From Methanotrichaceae archaeon (GTDB lineage: Archaea > Halobacteriota > Methanosarcinia > Methanotrichales > Methanotrichaceae), in contig CAWDLW010000015.1 in the NCBI GenBank assembly GCA_963803145.1, positions 256,001 to 320,000 of the forward strand: a stretch of 64,000 bases of DNA, read 5' to 3'. The notes beneath the pieces are model-generated. The model ran no database searches, had not been told where the DNA came from, and saw nothing but the letters and a program-made list of their open reading frames with translations. Shown in pieces: positions 32,155 through 41,974 of this stretch (positions are counted from its first letter, which is position 1; every line of letters starts with the position of its first letter). A program made the translations under genes and the position numbers.

Positions 32155-32457
32155 AGTTATCGCTGTGCTAAGGTAATATTTGAATTTTTGGTTCTTAGAA
32201 ATATTTAAATATATCACCTCATAAGCTACTATTACTCATGGGTATGACCCATCTCAGCAGCCCACGCCTGCTGAGGATATAAAGGTCATTGGACGGCTTC
32301 AATTCGATAAAATTATAGTTGAGGCAACGATCTACGGCCTGGCTGTAGTATAGATGAAGGCTCCAGCCGCAGATGCCATTATTGTGCTGCGGGAAACTAC
32401 AATCAGAGATTTTGGATTATCACTCAACCGCTATAAAAAAGAGAGATCATTAATAGG

Positions 32458-32730
32458 TTACCAGCCCCAATAATATGTGGTTCTAACAGGGCCGTAGACG
32501 TTAGCAGCCCACCAAGGGTCAAAGTAATTGTAAGGATCGATGTAATTGTAAACCACTGGTGTGTACCAAGCATAGTATGGAGCCGGATAATACCAGGTGC
32601 TATAGTATGTAGTCGGGTACCAAGTTGTGTGGTGCACAGTAGCTACTCCGCCTGGGGAAAGCCAATCATAATGTGGAATTGCCATTGCTGTACCCATAAA
32701 GCAGAACAGCCCACAAGCCATAATTACCAT
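32458..32730 (-). CDS. Small Tyr/Trp/Pro-rich secreted protein
   Basis: Signal-like segment followed by TTWYPTTYYSTWYYPAPYYAWY...; may start at in-frame ATT 32751. Confidence 0.65.
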   Translation of the reverse strand: MVIMACGLFCFMGTAMAIPHYDWLSPGGVATVHHTTWYPTTYYSTWYYPAPYYAWYTPVVYNYIDPYNYFDPWWAANVYGPVRTTYYWGW

Positions 32731-32980
32731 TGCAAGTTTGATCGTGCTAATTGTAATTCCTCCACTGAGTTAAACATCCGCTCTGCATAAAAGGGTACTT
32801 TTTATGTGGGCCTCGCCTTAAAGTCATATGAATCACCGCTATTTAGATAGCGATATTTTATGGGCAGGATTCGCCAGAAAGTTGGTTCATAGGCGGTGGT
32901 CGACCATGGCAATATCGAGCAGTACCTCATATCTTTTACGCGGCAGTAAGTTCTTACTCTTAGACTCTTGAGTTTAAATT

Positions 32981-33766
32981 ATGGATCGTATATTCGATGA
33001 AACCATCGATTTAGAGATAGGCTCGCTTTATCAGGCGAGATCGGTCGAAGAGATTCCAAACGCACAAGATGGAGGAGTGGTCAGCTGCCTTTTGGGGTAT
33101 GCCCTGGATAAAGGCATAATAAAAGGAGCAGTAGTTGTGGGGAAGGATGACCATTGGAATACATTTCCAGTGCTTGTGACCGATTCGAGAGAGCTCAAAA
33201 AATATGCGGGAAGCGTTTATTTTCCCATAAATAACAGAGAGCATAGGGCGATGATCAGAAGGGCAATAGATACTTACGGAGATATTGGAATAGTAGTCAC
33301 GCCTGGTGAGATGAGCGTTCTTGGCACGGGCACCAATATAGTAAGGCCTGATGAAATTTTTCTGAAAATAGGACTTTTTTGCCTTGGAAGTTTTAGGCCA
33401 GAGGAATTCTGGAATTACGTAGACGGAGAAATAAAAAGAGAAGATATTAAGAGATTTGAGATTGGTGCGGAGCTCAAACTTATCGATAAAGAAGGAAGAA
33501 CGGTTTTCCAAAGGCCAGTCAATGAAGCTCACGATTATTCAACTTCTTGGTGCAAAAAGTGCCATTATTTCATACCCGATACTGCCGACCTGTCCATCGG
33601 ATCGGGGCCAAAAAAGGGTACGAGCGCGGTTTATCTGCAAACCACAAGAGGCTTGGAAATCTTCAGGAAAGCGTATGAAGACGGCCGGATGATTGTAACA
33701 GAGATACCGCCAAAATTTAAGGAAAGGTTCGAAAAGACCATGCATCAAAAGCGAGGGTTTATCTAA
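32981..33766 (+). CDS. Stand-alone FrhB/FdhB-family F420-binding subunit
   Basis: QDGGVVS, IGLFC, CxxC..ADLSIG; the conserved PC cysteine is replaced (TPGE). Confidence 0.8.
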   Translation: MDRIFDETIDLEIGSLYQARSVEEIPNAQDGGVVSCLLGYALDKGIIKGAVVVGKDDHWNTFPVLVTDSRELKKYAGSVYFPINNREHRAMIRRAIDTYGDIGIVVTPGEMSVLGTGTNIVRPDEIFLKIGLFCLGSFRPEEFWNYVDGEIKREDIKRFEIGAELKLIDKEGRTVFQRPVNEAHDYSTSWCKKCHYFIPDTADLSIGSGPKKGTSAVYLQTTRGLEIFRKAYEDGRMIVTEIPPKFKERFEKTMHQKRGFI

Positions 33767-33816
33767 ACAGGCAAGAGCCAAGGATTACGCCCAGAAAACG
33801 AAATGCTTATGTAGCA

Positions 33817-33930
33817 TCAGTGGCAGCAATGGTGCTCATGGTGGTGCTCTTCATCACGACAGTGCTCATGAGTATGCACCACGCCTGATTCGTGTTTATG
33901 CTCATGCTCATCACTGGTATGACAGCACAT
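33817..33930 (-). CDS. 37-aa His/Cys-rich metal-binding peptide (Hpn/metallothionein-like)
   Basis: MCCHTSDEHEHKHESGVVHTHEHCRDEEHHHEHHCCH; perfect SD GGAGGTGA 5 nt upstream; TATA-like TATTTAAA near 33973-33980. Confidence 0.8.
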   Translation of the reverse strand: MCCHTSDEHEHKHESGVVHTHEHCRDEEHHHEHHCCH

Positions 33931-34020
33931 CAGCTTCACCTCCAATTAAAATTTTATCTCGCGTTCTTAGCATTTAAATAGTCCTTATAATCTAAATATC
34001 TTTTGGCCGATAGTATAAAG

Positions 34021-35079
34021 TGTAGAGTCCCGAATGTTTTGACTTTATATACTCGGTCTCTACTTTTAGGTTCTATCTCTAACATTTAATTCAGTCTCCA
34101 TACGATCGAGAAACATTTTCAGCTTGCACCCTTCTGGTAGCCTGGACCAGAAAGCACTATCTGGCGTCTGAAGATACCATTTTGTATCGAGCGATTCATG
34201 GAACCTAACAGTGTTATACCAATCCATGAAATTGTCAAAATTATCGAACCTAGACCTGTTCTTTTGGTATGTATCATTCCATTTTTCGAATTTGCCATTT
34301 GTCTGAGGGTGTTTGACTCTCGCTTTAATATGGACTATTTTATTATCCTTAAGGAAGTTCTCAAATCTGCTATCGGCCTCTCCCTTTTTATCTCGTTTAT
34401 TGGCATAGAACTGAGTTCCATGATCAGTCATTACCTGACTGATTCCCGTCAGCCATCCAAAGTTATCCAGCGCCTCCTGAAGGAGCATGATACTATTCTC
34501 AGTAGTTTCTGCATCGAACTCTCCGCCTGCGAGAATTCGCCGCGAACTATCATCAAGAACTGCACATACCTTTTTTCCATTGAGCTTACTGGTATGCCAG
34601 TCCAGATGTACCAGTGTCAGGCTGTGCTTGCGTTCCCACCTGACCCAAGGTTTTCTACGCTTCGCTTTATTACGGTTTACTTTAGCTTGGCCATGATTCA
34701 GCAGAACCTTGTGAATTGTGTTGTGAGGGATATGTTTTCCGTACTTGAATTCTATGATCTTTTCAAGACGCCTTGCCCCCAAATTTTGCTCTTTGTTGGT
34801 TTCTAATATCAATCTCTCTGATTCCTCATCAACATCTTTTTTCTTACGTCCAAATTTGTTAATGTTTAGGGGCATCTTGGTTTTCATCCAATGCATCCAG
34901 ACTCGCTTAACGGTTGACTCGCTGACTTTCATCTCAGCAGCGATTCTTTTGGTGCTGATGTTACTGGTTTTAGCTCGGATTATGTACCGGATCTTTCTTT
35001 GTGTTAGCTTTACAACCTTATTCTTCTTTCCCATGCCCCTTTGGTGGGTATATAAAGTCAAAGATTTCGGGACTACACA
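34021..35079 (-). mobile_element. IS481-family element (transposase 34066..35034)
   Basis: TGT...ACA ends, ~31-bp imperfect TIR (AGTCCCGAA..TTTGACTTTATATA), 15-bp direct repeat GCCGATAGTATAAAG; rve motifs HLDWH, LDDSSR, TDHGTQF, PQTNGKFE. Confidence 0.93.
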
Positions 35080-35128
35080 GCCGATAGTATAAAGCTTATA
35101 AGAGATTAACTTCTATCATCAAGGGAGC

Positions 35129-36370
35129 TTGAATAAGTTAATGAATGGCTTTCACAGAACCGAACCCACAATATGCAGGGTTGCTCTATACTCACTGCTG
35201 CTAAACCTGTCTCTAGTATCCACTAAGCTTGTGCTCTCTATAATCACGGGCAGCCTAGCGCTACGCGCCGATGCTATACACTCTTTGGTTGATGTTTTTG
35301 GATCGTTAGCTCTGATAATGGGATTGGTTATATCCAGCAGAAAGAGCAGCAGCTTCCCATATGGTCTTTACAAAGTAGAGAATATGGTTTCGATTATTAT
35401 ATCTTTATTGCTCTTTTCGACGGCCTATGAGATCGTCAGGGAGGCATTAACTGTGGAACAGTCAATCAATCCCTATGGCGAATGGGTTCTATTGGTTGCG
35501 GGTTTTATGATCCCAATCCCGCTTCTGTTCGGTCGCTTTGAGGTAAGGGCTGGACAGAAAGCAAACTCCCCAAGCCTGATTGCTGATGGCAGCCAGTTCA
35601 AGATAGATGCCTTTACAGCATCTATAGTTCTTTTCGCTTTGGTTGGTCAGCATTATGGCGCCCCTCTGGATAGAATCGCAGCAATAGTGGTTGCTATTTT
35701 CGTAGTCAGAGCAGGTTGGAGCATCCTGGTAAGCGGGATGCGGGTGCTCTTGGATGCATCTGTGGACGCACAGACACTGGAGAAAATTCGGATAGCGATA
35801 GAGGCCGAACCAGATGTGAGTGCTGTGAAGTCAGTCACAGCTCGTAACTCTGGACGATATCTTTTCGTTGAGGCTACGGTAGCGCTGCGTATCACCGACC
35901 TGACGAAAGCGCATCAGGCTAGCGAGCGTATAGAGAAGAAGATACGGGAAGCAGTGCCCCATGTGGATCGAGTCATAATACATTATGAGCCCCAGAGCAG
36001 GACCCGGATTCGCTATGCTATTCCTCTAGCAGATGCCGGCGGAGAGATCAGCCTCCACTTTGGAGAGGCTCCCTACTTTGCCCTGGTGGAGATAGATATG
36101 CAACAGAAGATAGTCTCCCGACGGGAAGTGCTGGCCAATCCTTATAAGGATCTGGCAAAGGGTCGGGGACTACGGGTAGCTGAGTTCCTGCTCGACCACA
36201 AGCCGGATTTAGTCCTGACCAGAGAAAACCTCTCAGGAAAAGGCCCCGGCTATGTCTTCGCCGAGGCAGGTGTGGAGATAGTGCAGACCGAGGTCGAGAC
36301 GTTGGGAAAGCTAATTGTTGATCTGCTAGCAGGGCTCGAAACTAATTCTTCAAAGGACCTATCTACATAA
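35129..36370 (+). CDS. Cation diffusion facilitator fused to C-terminal NifX/NifB-like domain
   Basis: SLALRADAIHSLVD, FPYGLYKVE, ZT dimer domain, then HFGEAPYF NifX-like motif. Confidence 0.9.
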   Translation: MNKLMNGFHRTEPTICRVALYSLLLNLSLVSTKLVLSIITGSLALRADAIHSLVDVFGSLALIMGLVISSRKSSSFPYGLYKVENMVSIIISLLLFSTAYEIVREALTVEQSINPYGEWVLLVAGFMIPIPLLFGRFEVRAGQKANSPSLIADGSQFKIDAFTASIVLFALVGQHYGAPLDRIAAIVVAIFVVRAGWSILVSGMRVLLDASVDAQTLEKIRIAIEAEPDVSAVKSVTARNSGRYLFVEATVALRITDLTKAHQASERIEKKIREAVPHVDRVIIHYEPQSRTRIRYAIPLADAGGEISLHFGEAPYFALVEIDMQQKIVSRREVLANPYKDLAKGRGLRVAEFLLDHKPDLVLTRENLSGKGPGYVFAEAGVEIVQTEVETLGKLIVDLLAGLETNSSKDLST

Positions 36371-36561
36371 CCATAATTGCTTATATGGATTTACTTGAAC
36401 GCCATATGGAGCAGGCTAACGATCAATATTTTCAATTAACCAGTTAGCGCCAACAATGCTTTCCAAGATGCTGTGCGTATATGCCCTTCTTCGATTTGAG
36501 TTAATTTTAAATACAAAATCGCATATTGGCATAATTGTTTCGAAAGACAGTGAGGTATTTA

Positions 36562-36921
36562 ATGAAGGTATGCATCCCAACTATGGGCGACGGCGGCATG
36601 GAAGCGTCAGTTTCTCAGCACTTCGGACGGGCTCCCACTTTCACAATTGTGAATCTAGACACCAGAGAAGTGCAAATCTTAGCCAACAAGGGAGAACACA
36701 TGGGCGGCAACGTCTTGCCGACGGATACGCTCAAAGATCAGGGAGTTCAGGTTATAATCGTGGGTAACCTGGGGCCTAAGGCCATCCAAGCCTTTGCTGA
36801 GCAATGTATTGAAGTTTTCGTCGGGGCGACGGGCACGGTCAAGGATGCCATCGATGACTGGAGAGAAGGGCTACTGACGAAAGCAAGCTCTGATAACGCC
36901 TGTCAGGAGCACAGACATTAG
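36562..36921 (+). CDS. NifB/NifX family (dinitrogenase FeMo-cofactor biosynthesis domain) protein
   Basis: MKVCIPT..VSQHFGRAPTF..LGPKA..G.TVKDAI, C-terminal ACQEHRH; GAGGT SD before ATG 36562. Confidence 0.88.
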   Translation: MKVCIPTMGDGGMEASVSQHFGRAPTFTIVNLDTREVQILANKGEHMGGNVLPTDTLKDQGVQVIIVGNLGPKAIQAFAEQCIEVFVGATGTVKDAIDDWREGLLTKASSDNACQEHRH

Positions 36922-36952
36922 AAAGAAGGCTTACACATAGGAGTATGATAGC

Positions 36953-38557
36953 TTGGCACCTTTTATCGAGATCCGGAACCTGACAGTTCGTTTTGGAGAA
37001 GTTGAAGCCCTGCATAATATCAACCTAACTATAGAGGAGGGCGAGTCGGTAGGCATCCTGGGGAGGAGCGGCTCAGGCAAGAGCATCCTATTGCATGTAC
37101 TCAGGGGAACTGAGACATTTCAGGATATCAGCGGAAGCGTGATCTACCATGTGGCCAGGTGCAAGGCATGTGGGCATGTCGAACCGCCAAGCCTGGCAGG
37201 GAAGACATGCAGGTGCGGCGGCATTTTAGAGCCAATTGATGCCGATTTCGCTGCTCTGGATGTCAATAATTCCTTGAGGAGAGATGTGGCCAGGAGAATT
37301 GCCATAATGCTTCAGAGGACATTTGCCCTCTATGGAGACGAGAGGGTAATAGTCAACGTAATGAGGGCAGTAGAGGAGTCTGGAGATGGAAATACCATGA
37401 GCGTCCAGAGGGCTGCGGATCTGCTAGATGAGGTCGATATGTCTCACCGCATGATGCATGTGGCCCGTGAGCTATCAGGAGGCGAGAAGCAGCGTGTGGT
37501 CTTAGCCAGGCAGCTGGCTAAGTCACCGATGATCCTTCTGGCTGATGAGCCTACGGGAACGCTCGATCCAGCAACGGCTGAATTGGTCCATGAGTCCATA
37601 AGGCGAGCAGTCAAGGACTTTAGGATGACTCTAATCATCACAAGCCATTGGGAAGATGTGATGGTTAACCTGGCAGATAGGGCCGTACTTATGGATAAGG
37701 GGCAGATCAAATCCATAGGTTTGCCTGGGGATGTGGCTGCCGAGTTTATAGCCATGGCCGGGGAGCTAGGCAAGCGCGAGGCTGTAGAGGTTGGCGAGCC
37801 TATAATAAAAGGCAGTGGCCTCTCCAAGCGCTACATAAGCATTGATCGAGGCGTTGTCAAGGCAGTAGATAGTGTAAATTTTGAAGTCAAGGAAGGCGAG
37901 ATCTTCGGCATGGTAGGAGTCAGTGGTGGAGGAAAAACCACACTATCTAGGCTCATAAGCGGGCTCGTCACGCCGACTTTCGGGAATATATCTGTTAGAG
38001 TTGGAGATGATTGGATAGATATGACAGTCTTAGGCTCCGGAGGCCGGGGAAGAGCTACAAAATATATCGGAGTGCTTCACCAGGAGTACACGCTTTATCC
38101 CTCCAGATCTGTTATAGAAAATCTGACGGAATCAATAGGCTTATCGCTTCCATTCGAGCTTGCAGAGAGAAAGGCAATTCATACGCTGACTACGGTTGGC
38201 TTTACAGAGGAGCAGGCTGAGGCTGTGCTTGCCAAAATGCCGGACGAACTGAGCGAAGGTGAACGGCATAGAATTGCCATGGCCCAGGTGCTGATAAAAG
38301 AGCCTAGCATAATTGTTCTGGATGAGCCGACTGGAACCATGGATGCCATAACCAAGGTTGAGGTGACGAAATCTATTCTCAGCGCTCGTGAAGAGCTGAG
38401 TGAGACATTTGTTATAGTCAGCCATGATATGGACTTCGTGAAAAACGTATGCGATAGGGCTATGCTAATGCGTAATGGAAAGGCCGTGTTCACTGGCAAT
38501 CCTGATGATGTTTTGGCCAAGATTACTGAAGAAGAGCATGAGCTGATGGATAGCTAA
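36953..38557 (+). CDS. atwA: Methyl-coenzyme M reductase system component A2 (dual ABC ATPase)
   Basis: Two ABC cassettes, Zn motif CKAC..CRC, RRIAIMLQRTFALYG, HRMMHVARELSGGEKQR, ILHQEY-like VLHQEY. Confidence 0.95.
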   Translation: MAPFIEIRNLTVRFGEVEALHNINLTIEEGESVGILGRSGSGKSILLHVLRGTETFQDISGSVIYHVARCKACGHVEPPSLAGKTCRCGGILEPIDADFAALDVNNSLRRDVARRIAIMLQRTFALYGDERVIVNVMRAVEESGDGNTMSVQRAADLLDEVDMSHRMMHVARELSGGEKQRVVLARQLAKSPMILLADEPTGTLDPATAELVHESIRRAVKDFRMTLIITSHWEDVMVNLADRAVLMDKGQIKSIGLPGDVAAEFIAMAGELGKREAVEVGEPIIKGSGLSKRYISIDRGVVKAVDSVNFEVKEGEIFGMVGVSGGGKTTLSRLISGLVTPTFGNISVRVGDDWIDMTVLGSGGRGRATKYIGVLHQEYTLYPSRSVIENLTESIGLSLPFELAERKAIHTLTTVGFTEEQAEAVLAKMPDELSEGERHRIAMAQVLIKEPSIIVLDEPTGTMDAITKVEVTKSILSAREELSETFVIVSHDMDFVKNVCDRAMLMRNGKAVFTGNPDDVLAKITEEEHELMDS

Positions 38558-38881
38558 TTCCGAGGGTATATCGAATATATGGAGGCTCACTGGAATTGGA
38601 GTTCGACCAAGTTGGCCATGATATTCATCATCAACGTTATACAAAGCTATAACAGCTGATGAAGGCGGATATTTTGATGTATCACCAAATTTGGTTACTA
38701 GCGGGCCAAGTGATAGGCTGGCGAATTACTGGCATGTGGTCGCCCTGAAATATGCCTCCCAGATAGTGATACCTATGGAAGTAGGTGGTTCTGTTGAATC
38801 TTATGGTGGTAGCTTGGATAAATCGATATCATTCAATCACCCCAAATTCCATAACACCATCGGATGCAACAGAATACTGAT

Positions 38882-39334
38882 TCACCTAGATACGTCTCCT
38901 TCAATCATCAAGTTCATGACATAATCGAACTCCATCGCCTGGCACCATCCGGACTTCTCAAAGATGGACATAAAGCAGACACCTATGAGCTTTTTGTACT
39001 TAACCTTGGTTAGAAAATTTTTCATTTCTTCAGGTTTTACGCCTATCTTGGGCATGGCCATACCTCCTAGAACTACGACCACATCTGCATCGGCGCTGCT
39101 TCCCTCACCAAGTTCCAACCCATACTCCGTTGAGATTATTTTGCGCGCTTTTTCCTTATTTAGGCTCGGCACGAAAGCCAGCTCTTTGTCTCGAACTGGA
39201 TAGCCCAGGAAGAGTGCAAAAGGCGTACAAAAACCAGGGGACCCAACGAAGGTTATCTTCTTTTCATCTTTCACCAGATCTCTGAAGCCGTTCAGCATTC
39301 CGCCGAGGCCTTTAACATCCTGAACCTTTTCCAT
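38882..39334 (-). CDS. DUF2124-family methanogen conserved protein
   Basis: GSPGFCTPFA, VVLGGMAMP, IGVCFMSIF. Confidence 0.75.
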   Translation of the reverse strand: MEKVQDVKGLGGMLNGFRDLVKDEKKITFVGSPGFCTPFALFLGYPVRDKELAFVPSLNKEKARKIISTEYGLELGEGSSADADVVVVLGGMAMPKIGVKPEEMKNFLTKVKYKKLIGVCFMSIFEKSGWCQAMEFDYVMNLMIEGDVSR

Positions 39335-39471
39335 AATGATCTGTTCAGACTACATCTCCTAGAGCATTAACTTTTGGTTAGGGAAAGAGAATCAAATGTG
39401 ATGCAATCCTCCGCAGCAGTCAAGCGTAAGTAAGAAATGCTGATTTACCCACTGTACCCATTGGAGATTAT

Positions 39472-40182
39472 ATGAACCTTAATGAAATATCCGATGTTTT
39501 GAAGACATCCCTTGGGATCAAAGATAACCCAGTTGGCGTAGTCCTATTTAAGAGAGAGGAGGACATACCGAAAGAGATAATGGTCACAGAGCGGCCTTTT
39601 AACTACTGCCAGATGATCCAGGGTGCCAGGCTGAATGGTGAGAGCTTCCTTGCACATGCCGATTATCATAAGTGCAAAGGAGGCGCAGCAGGCCTTGGCC
39701 TATTGGAGTGTCCTGAGAATATTTCATCAGGAACTCTGTATTTTGAAAAGCTTCATAAATGCGCGTCTAAGGAGGCCGGATCACAAATCGCTGCCAATAT
39801 GCCTCGCCTGCCCGCCGGTTCAACCGTGGCGACATATGTCGCTCCTCTGGACAAGATGGTGGTCAGCCCAGATATCGTCATAGTGGTGGGCGCTCCGCTC
39901 GCGGCCAGGAGAATCACTCAGGCTGAGATGTATGCCGAAGGTGGAAGGGCGAATTTCAGCACCGCAGGAATTCAGTCCTTCTGTGTCGACGCTACTGCAT
40001 CTCCATATCTTAAAGGTGAGGTCAATGTATCTCTTGGATGCGATGGATCTGCCAGGAATGCCAACCTTGAGGATGAAAGCGTAGTCATAGGCATACCCTT
40101 CGATGTGCTAAAACAGATCACCCCAGTTCTCAAAGAGCACTATAAGGGATGGGATGCCTTCATGAGGAGCAAACCAAGCTAG
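39472..40182 (+). CDS. DUF169 family protein
   Basis: PVGV, YCQM, CKGGAAGLG, PDIVIV, SLGCDGSA. Confidence 0.85.
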   Translation: MNLNEISDVLKTSLGIKDNPVGVVLFKREEDIPKEIMVTERPFNYCQMIQGARLNGESFLAHADYHKCKGGAAGLGLLECPENISSGTLYFEKLHKCASKEAGSQIAANMPRLPAGSTVATYVAPLDKMVVSPDIVIVVGAPLAARRITQAEMYAEGGRANFSTAGIQSFCVDATASPYLKGEVNVSLGCDGSARNANLEDESVVIGIPFDVLKQITPVLKEHYKGWDAFMRSKPS

Positions 40183-40390
40183 CTCCCCTACATAAGATTT
40201 TTAAAGAGTAGTCAAGTTTCATGGGCATATATGCCTTAGATTGCCAAATATGTTACATATAGTACCCAAAAGAGAGCAGAAGAAACATACCTTTGATAAG
40301 ATGTTATTGTTTATTCCAATAATCTTCCATGCCACCTGGAGGATATGAAGGCTCTAATTATAGATTCCATGAGCCTGCAATAAAGATATG

Positions 40391-41275
40391 CTAGAGTTCT
40401 ATCAGGTCTCCTGAGGCCAGAGGCTGACACCGGTCTCCAAGAGAATCCATAAGGCAGCAGATAGCCTTGGTACCTGTGCAATGCCCTGGCCTGAGTATTT
40501 CAGGATCGAGCTTTACCATCTCCTTCGCCATCAACGCCATGTGATCCTTATCCGCTCCATTGAGATGAAAACCACCTATCACTGCATACAGATCCTCAAT
40601 GCCGGTAATCTTTTGAGCGTACTTTGTAGTGTTTATTATCCCTGAATGAGCACAGCCAGAGACGACCACGAGTCCTTTGCCTTCGATGTTTACTATCATG
40701 GCCTGATCGCCCTGAATAAGGTCCTGCGAATATATGCCCTCCTTAGTTGTATAGAAGCCGGCCACCTTTTCAAAGGGCATCTCTCGTATTATTTCGCCTG
40801 TTGTCATAAATCCATCAACCAAAGTGACAGGATTTCTGGCATATACCATGACAGCGCCTGATGCCTCTGCTTCTGTTTGGGAGAAGGGCGGACCAATGAA
40901 CTTCAGAAAAGGCTTTGATTTCAGCTTGGGAGAGAAGATATCTGGATGGGCTAAAACTGGTATCCGCTTATTTACCCTTTTCAAGACCCCAATCAGGCCG
41001 CCAGTATGGTCGTAATGCCCGTGGCTTAGAAAGATGAGGTCGATATCATTCAGGTCAAGCTTCAGGGCATCAGCATTGTGAATAGTGACTTCAGAGGATG
41101 ATCCCGTATCCATCAGTACTTTCAGTTTCTCAGAGCAACCCAAATCCAGCTCCAAAAAAAAGCTGAGCCCATGCTGTCCCCATATCAGGGGGTCTGTTGT
41201 AGAGGCGGAATCCTCCACCACTACTCTGAGCTTTAGCCCTTTAACCATGGTATTGAACAGGCATCCTCCATGCAT
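40391..41275 (-). CDS. MBL-fold metallohydrolase (methanopterin-biosynthesis DHPS-like subfamily)
   Basis: HGLSF, DTG, LSHGHYDHTGG, GCAHSG, IGGFHL, PGHCTG. Confidence 0.85.
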   Translation of the reverse strand: MHGGCLFNTMVKGLKLRVVVEDSASTTDPLIWGQHGLSFFLELDLGCSEKLKVLMDTGSSSEVTIHNADALKLDLNDIDLIFLSHGHYDHTGGLIGVLKRVNKRIPVLAHPDIFSPKLKSKPFLKFIGPPFSQTEAEASGAVMVYARNPVTLVDGFMTTGEIIREMPFEKVAGFYTTKEGIYSQDLIQGDQAMIVNIEGKGLVVVSGCAHSGIINTTKYAQKITGIEDLYAVIGGFHLNGADKDHMALMAKEMVKLDPEILRPGHCTGTKAICCLMDSLGDRCQPLASGDLIEL

Positions 41276-41326
41276 AGGGAGATTCTAAACAGACATATGG
41301 GCTCCAAACAAGTCGATACTAGAGGC

Positions 41327-41974
41327 TTAAAGCGAATCGCTCTTGCCGACGAGTCTTTCGAAGCACTCTTTGCAGACCACTTTCCCGCATGCAGTTCTGC
41401 CTTTTATCTCCATAAAGTTCTCGCCGCATTCTTCGCATTTGAGCGAAGGATATATTCTGGCCATTTCCGGAGCAGGAATATCCACTTCTTCTATCGATAG
41501 CAGATCCTTATCAGGTGCATTTAATATATACTGGAATAGCTGTTCTCTTAATCCTTCAAGCTCTTCTTGCTCTTCTTTCGTCAGCTGGCTTCTGGATAAC
41601 TTCTCCTGAAGCTGACCCATGCGCTTAGGGATCTCACCTTTAAAGTATATCCTCAGAGCTTTGTTATTTCCTCTGCTGTAAAAGGTGAAGGCCTGCTTTC
41701 CATAGTCTTTGAAGACAAGGTTACCCTTCCCAAAGGTACAGCTGAGCATCTGCTGAATGGCATCAACGCTACAGGAGTTATTATCAACAATTGCAACTAG
41801 CTCTTCGTCCTCGGCTTTACCGTAGTGTTCCTTAACATATTTAGCTACTCTATAACCGATCGCTAGTCCAATGCACTCATGTCCATGAAATTCTATAACC
41901 TTTCTGAGATCTTCATCCATATCAATCGCCGGATTAGATATCTCTAAGCCTGGCGATAAGTATGTTCTGATCAA
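41327..41974 (-). CDS. FmdE-family protein with C-terminal zinc finger
   Basis: FHGHECIGLAIGYR, CSVDAIQ..CTFGKGN, CEECGE..CKEC. Confidence 0.9.
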   Translation of the reverse strand: MIRTYLSPGLEISNPAIDMDEDLRKVIEFHGHECIGLAIGYRVAKYVKEHYGKAEDEELVAIVDNNSCSVDAIQQMLSCTFGKGNLVFKDYGKQAFTFYSRGNNKALRIYFKGEIPKRMGQLQEKLSRSQLTKEEQEELEGLREQLFQYILNAPDKDLLSIEEVDIPAPEMARIYPSLKCEECGENFMEIKGRTACGKVVCKECFERLVGKSDSL

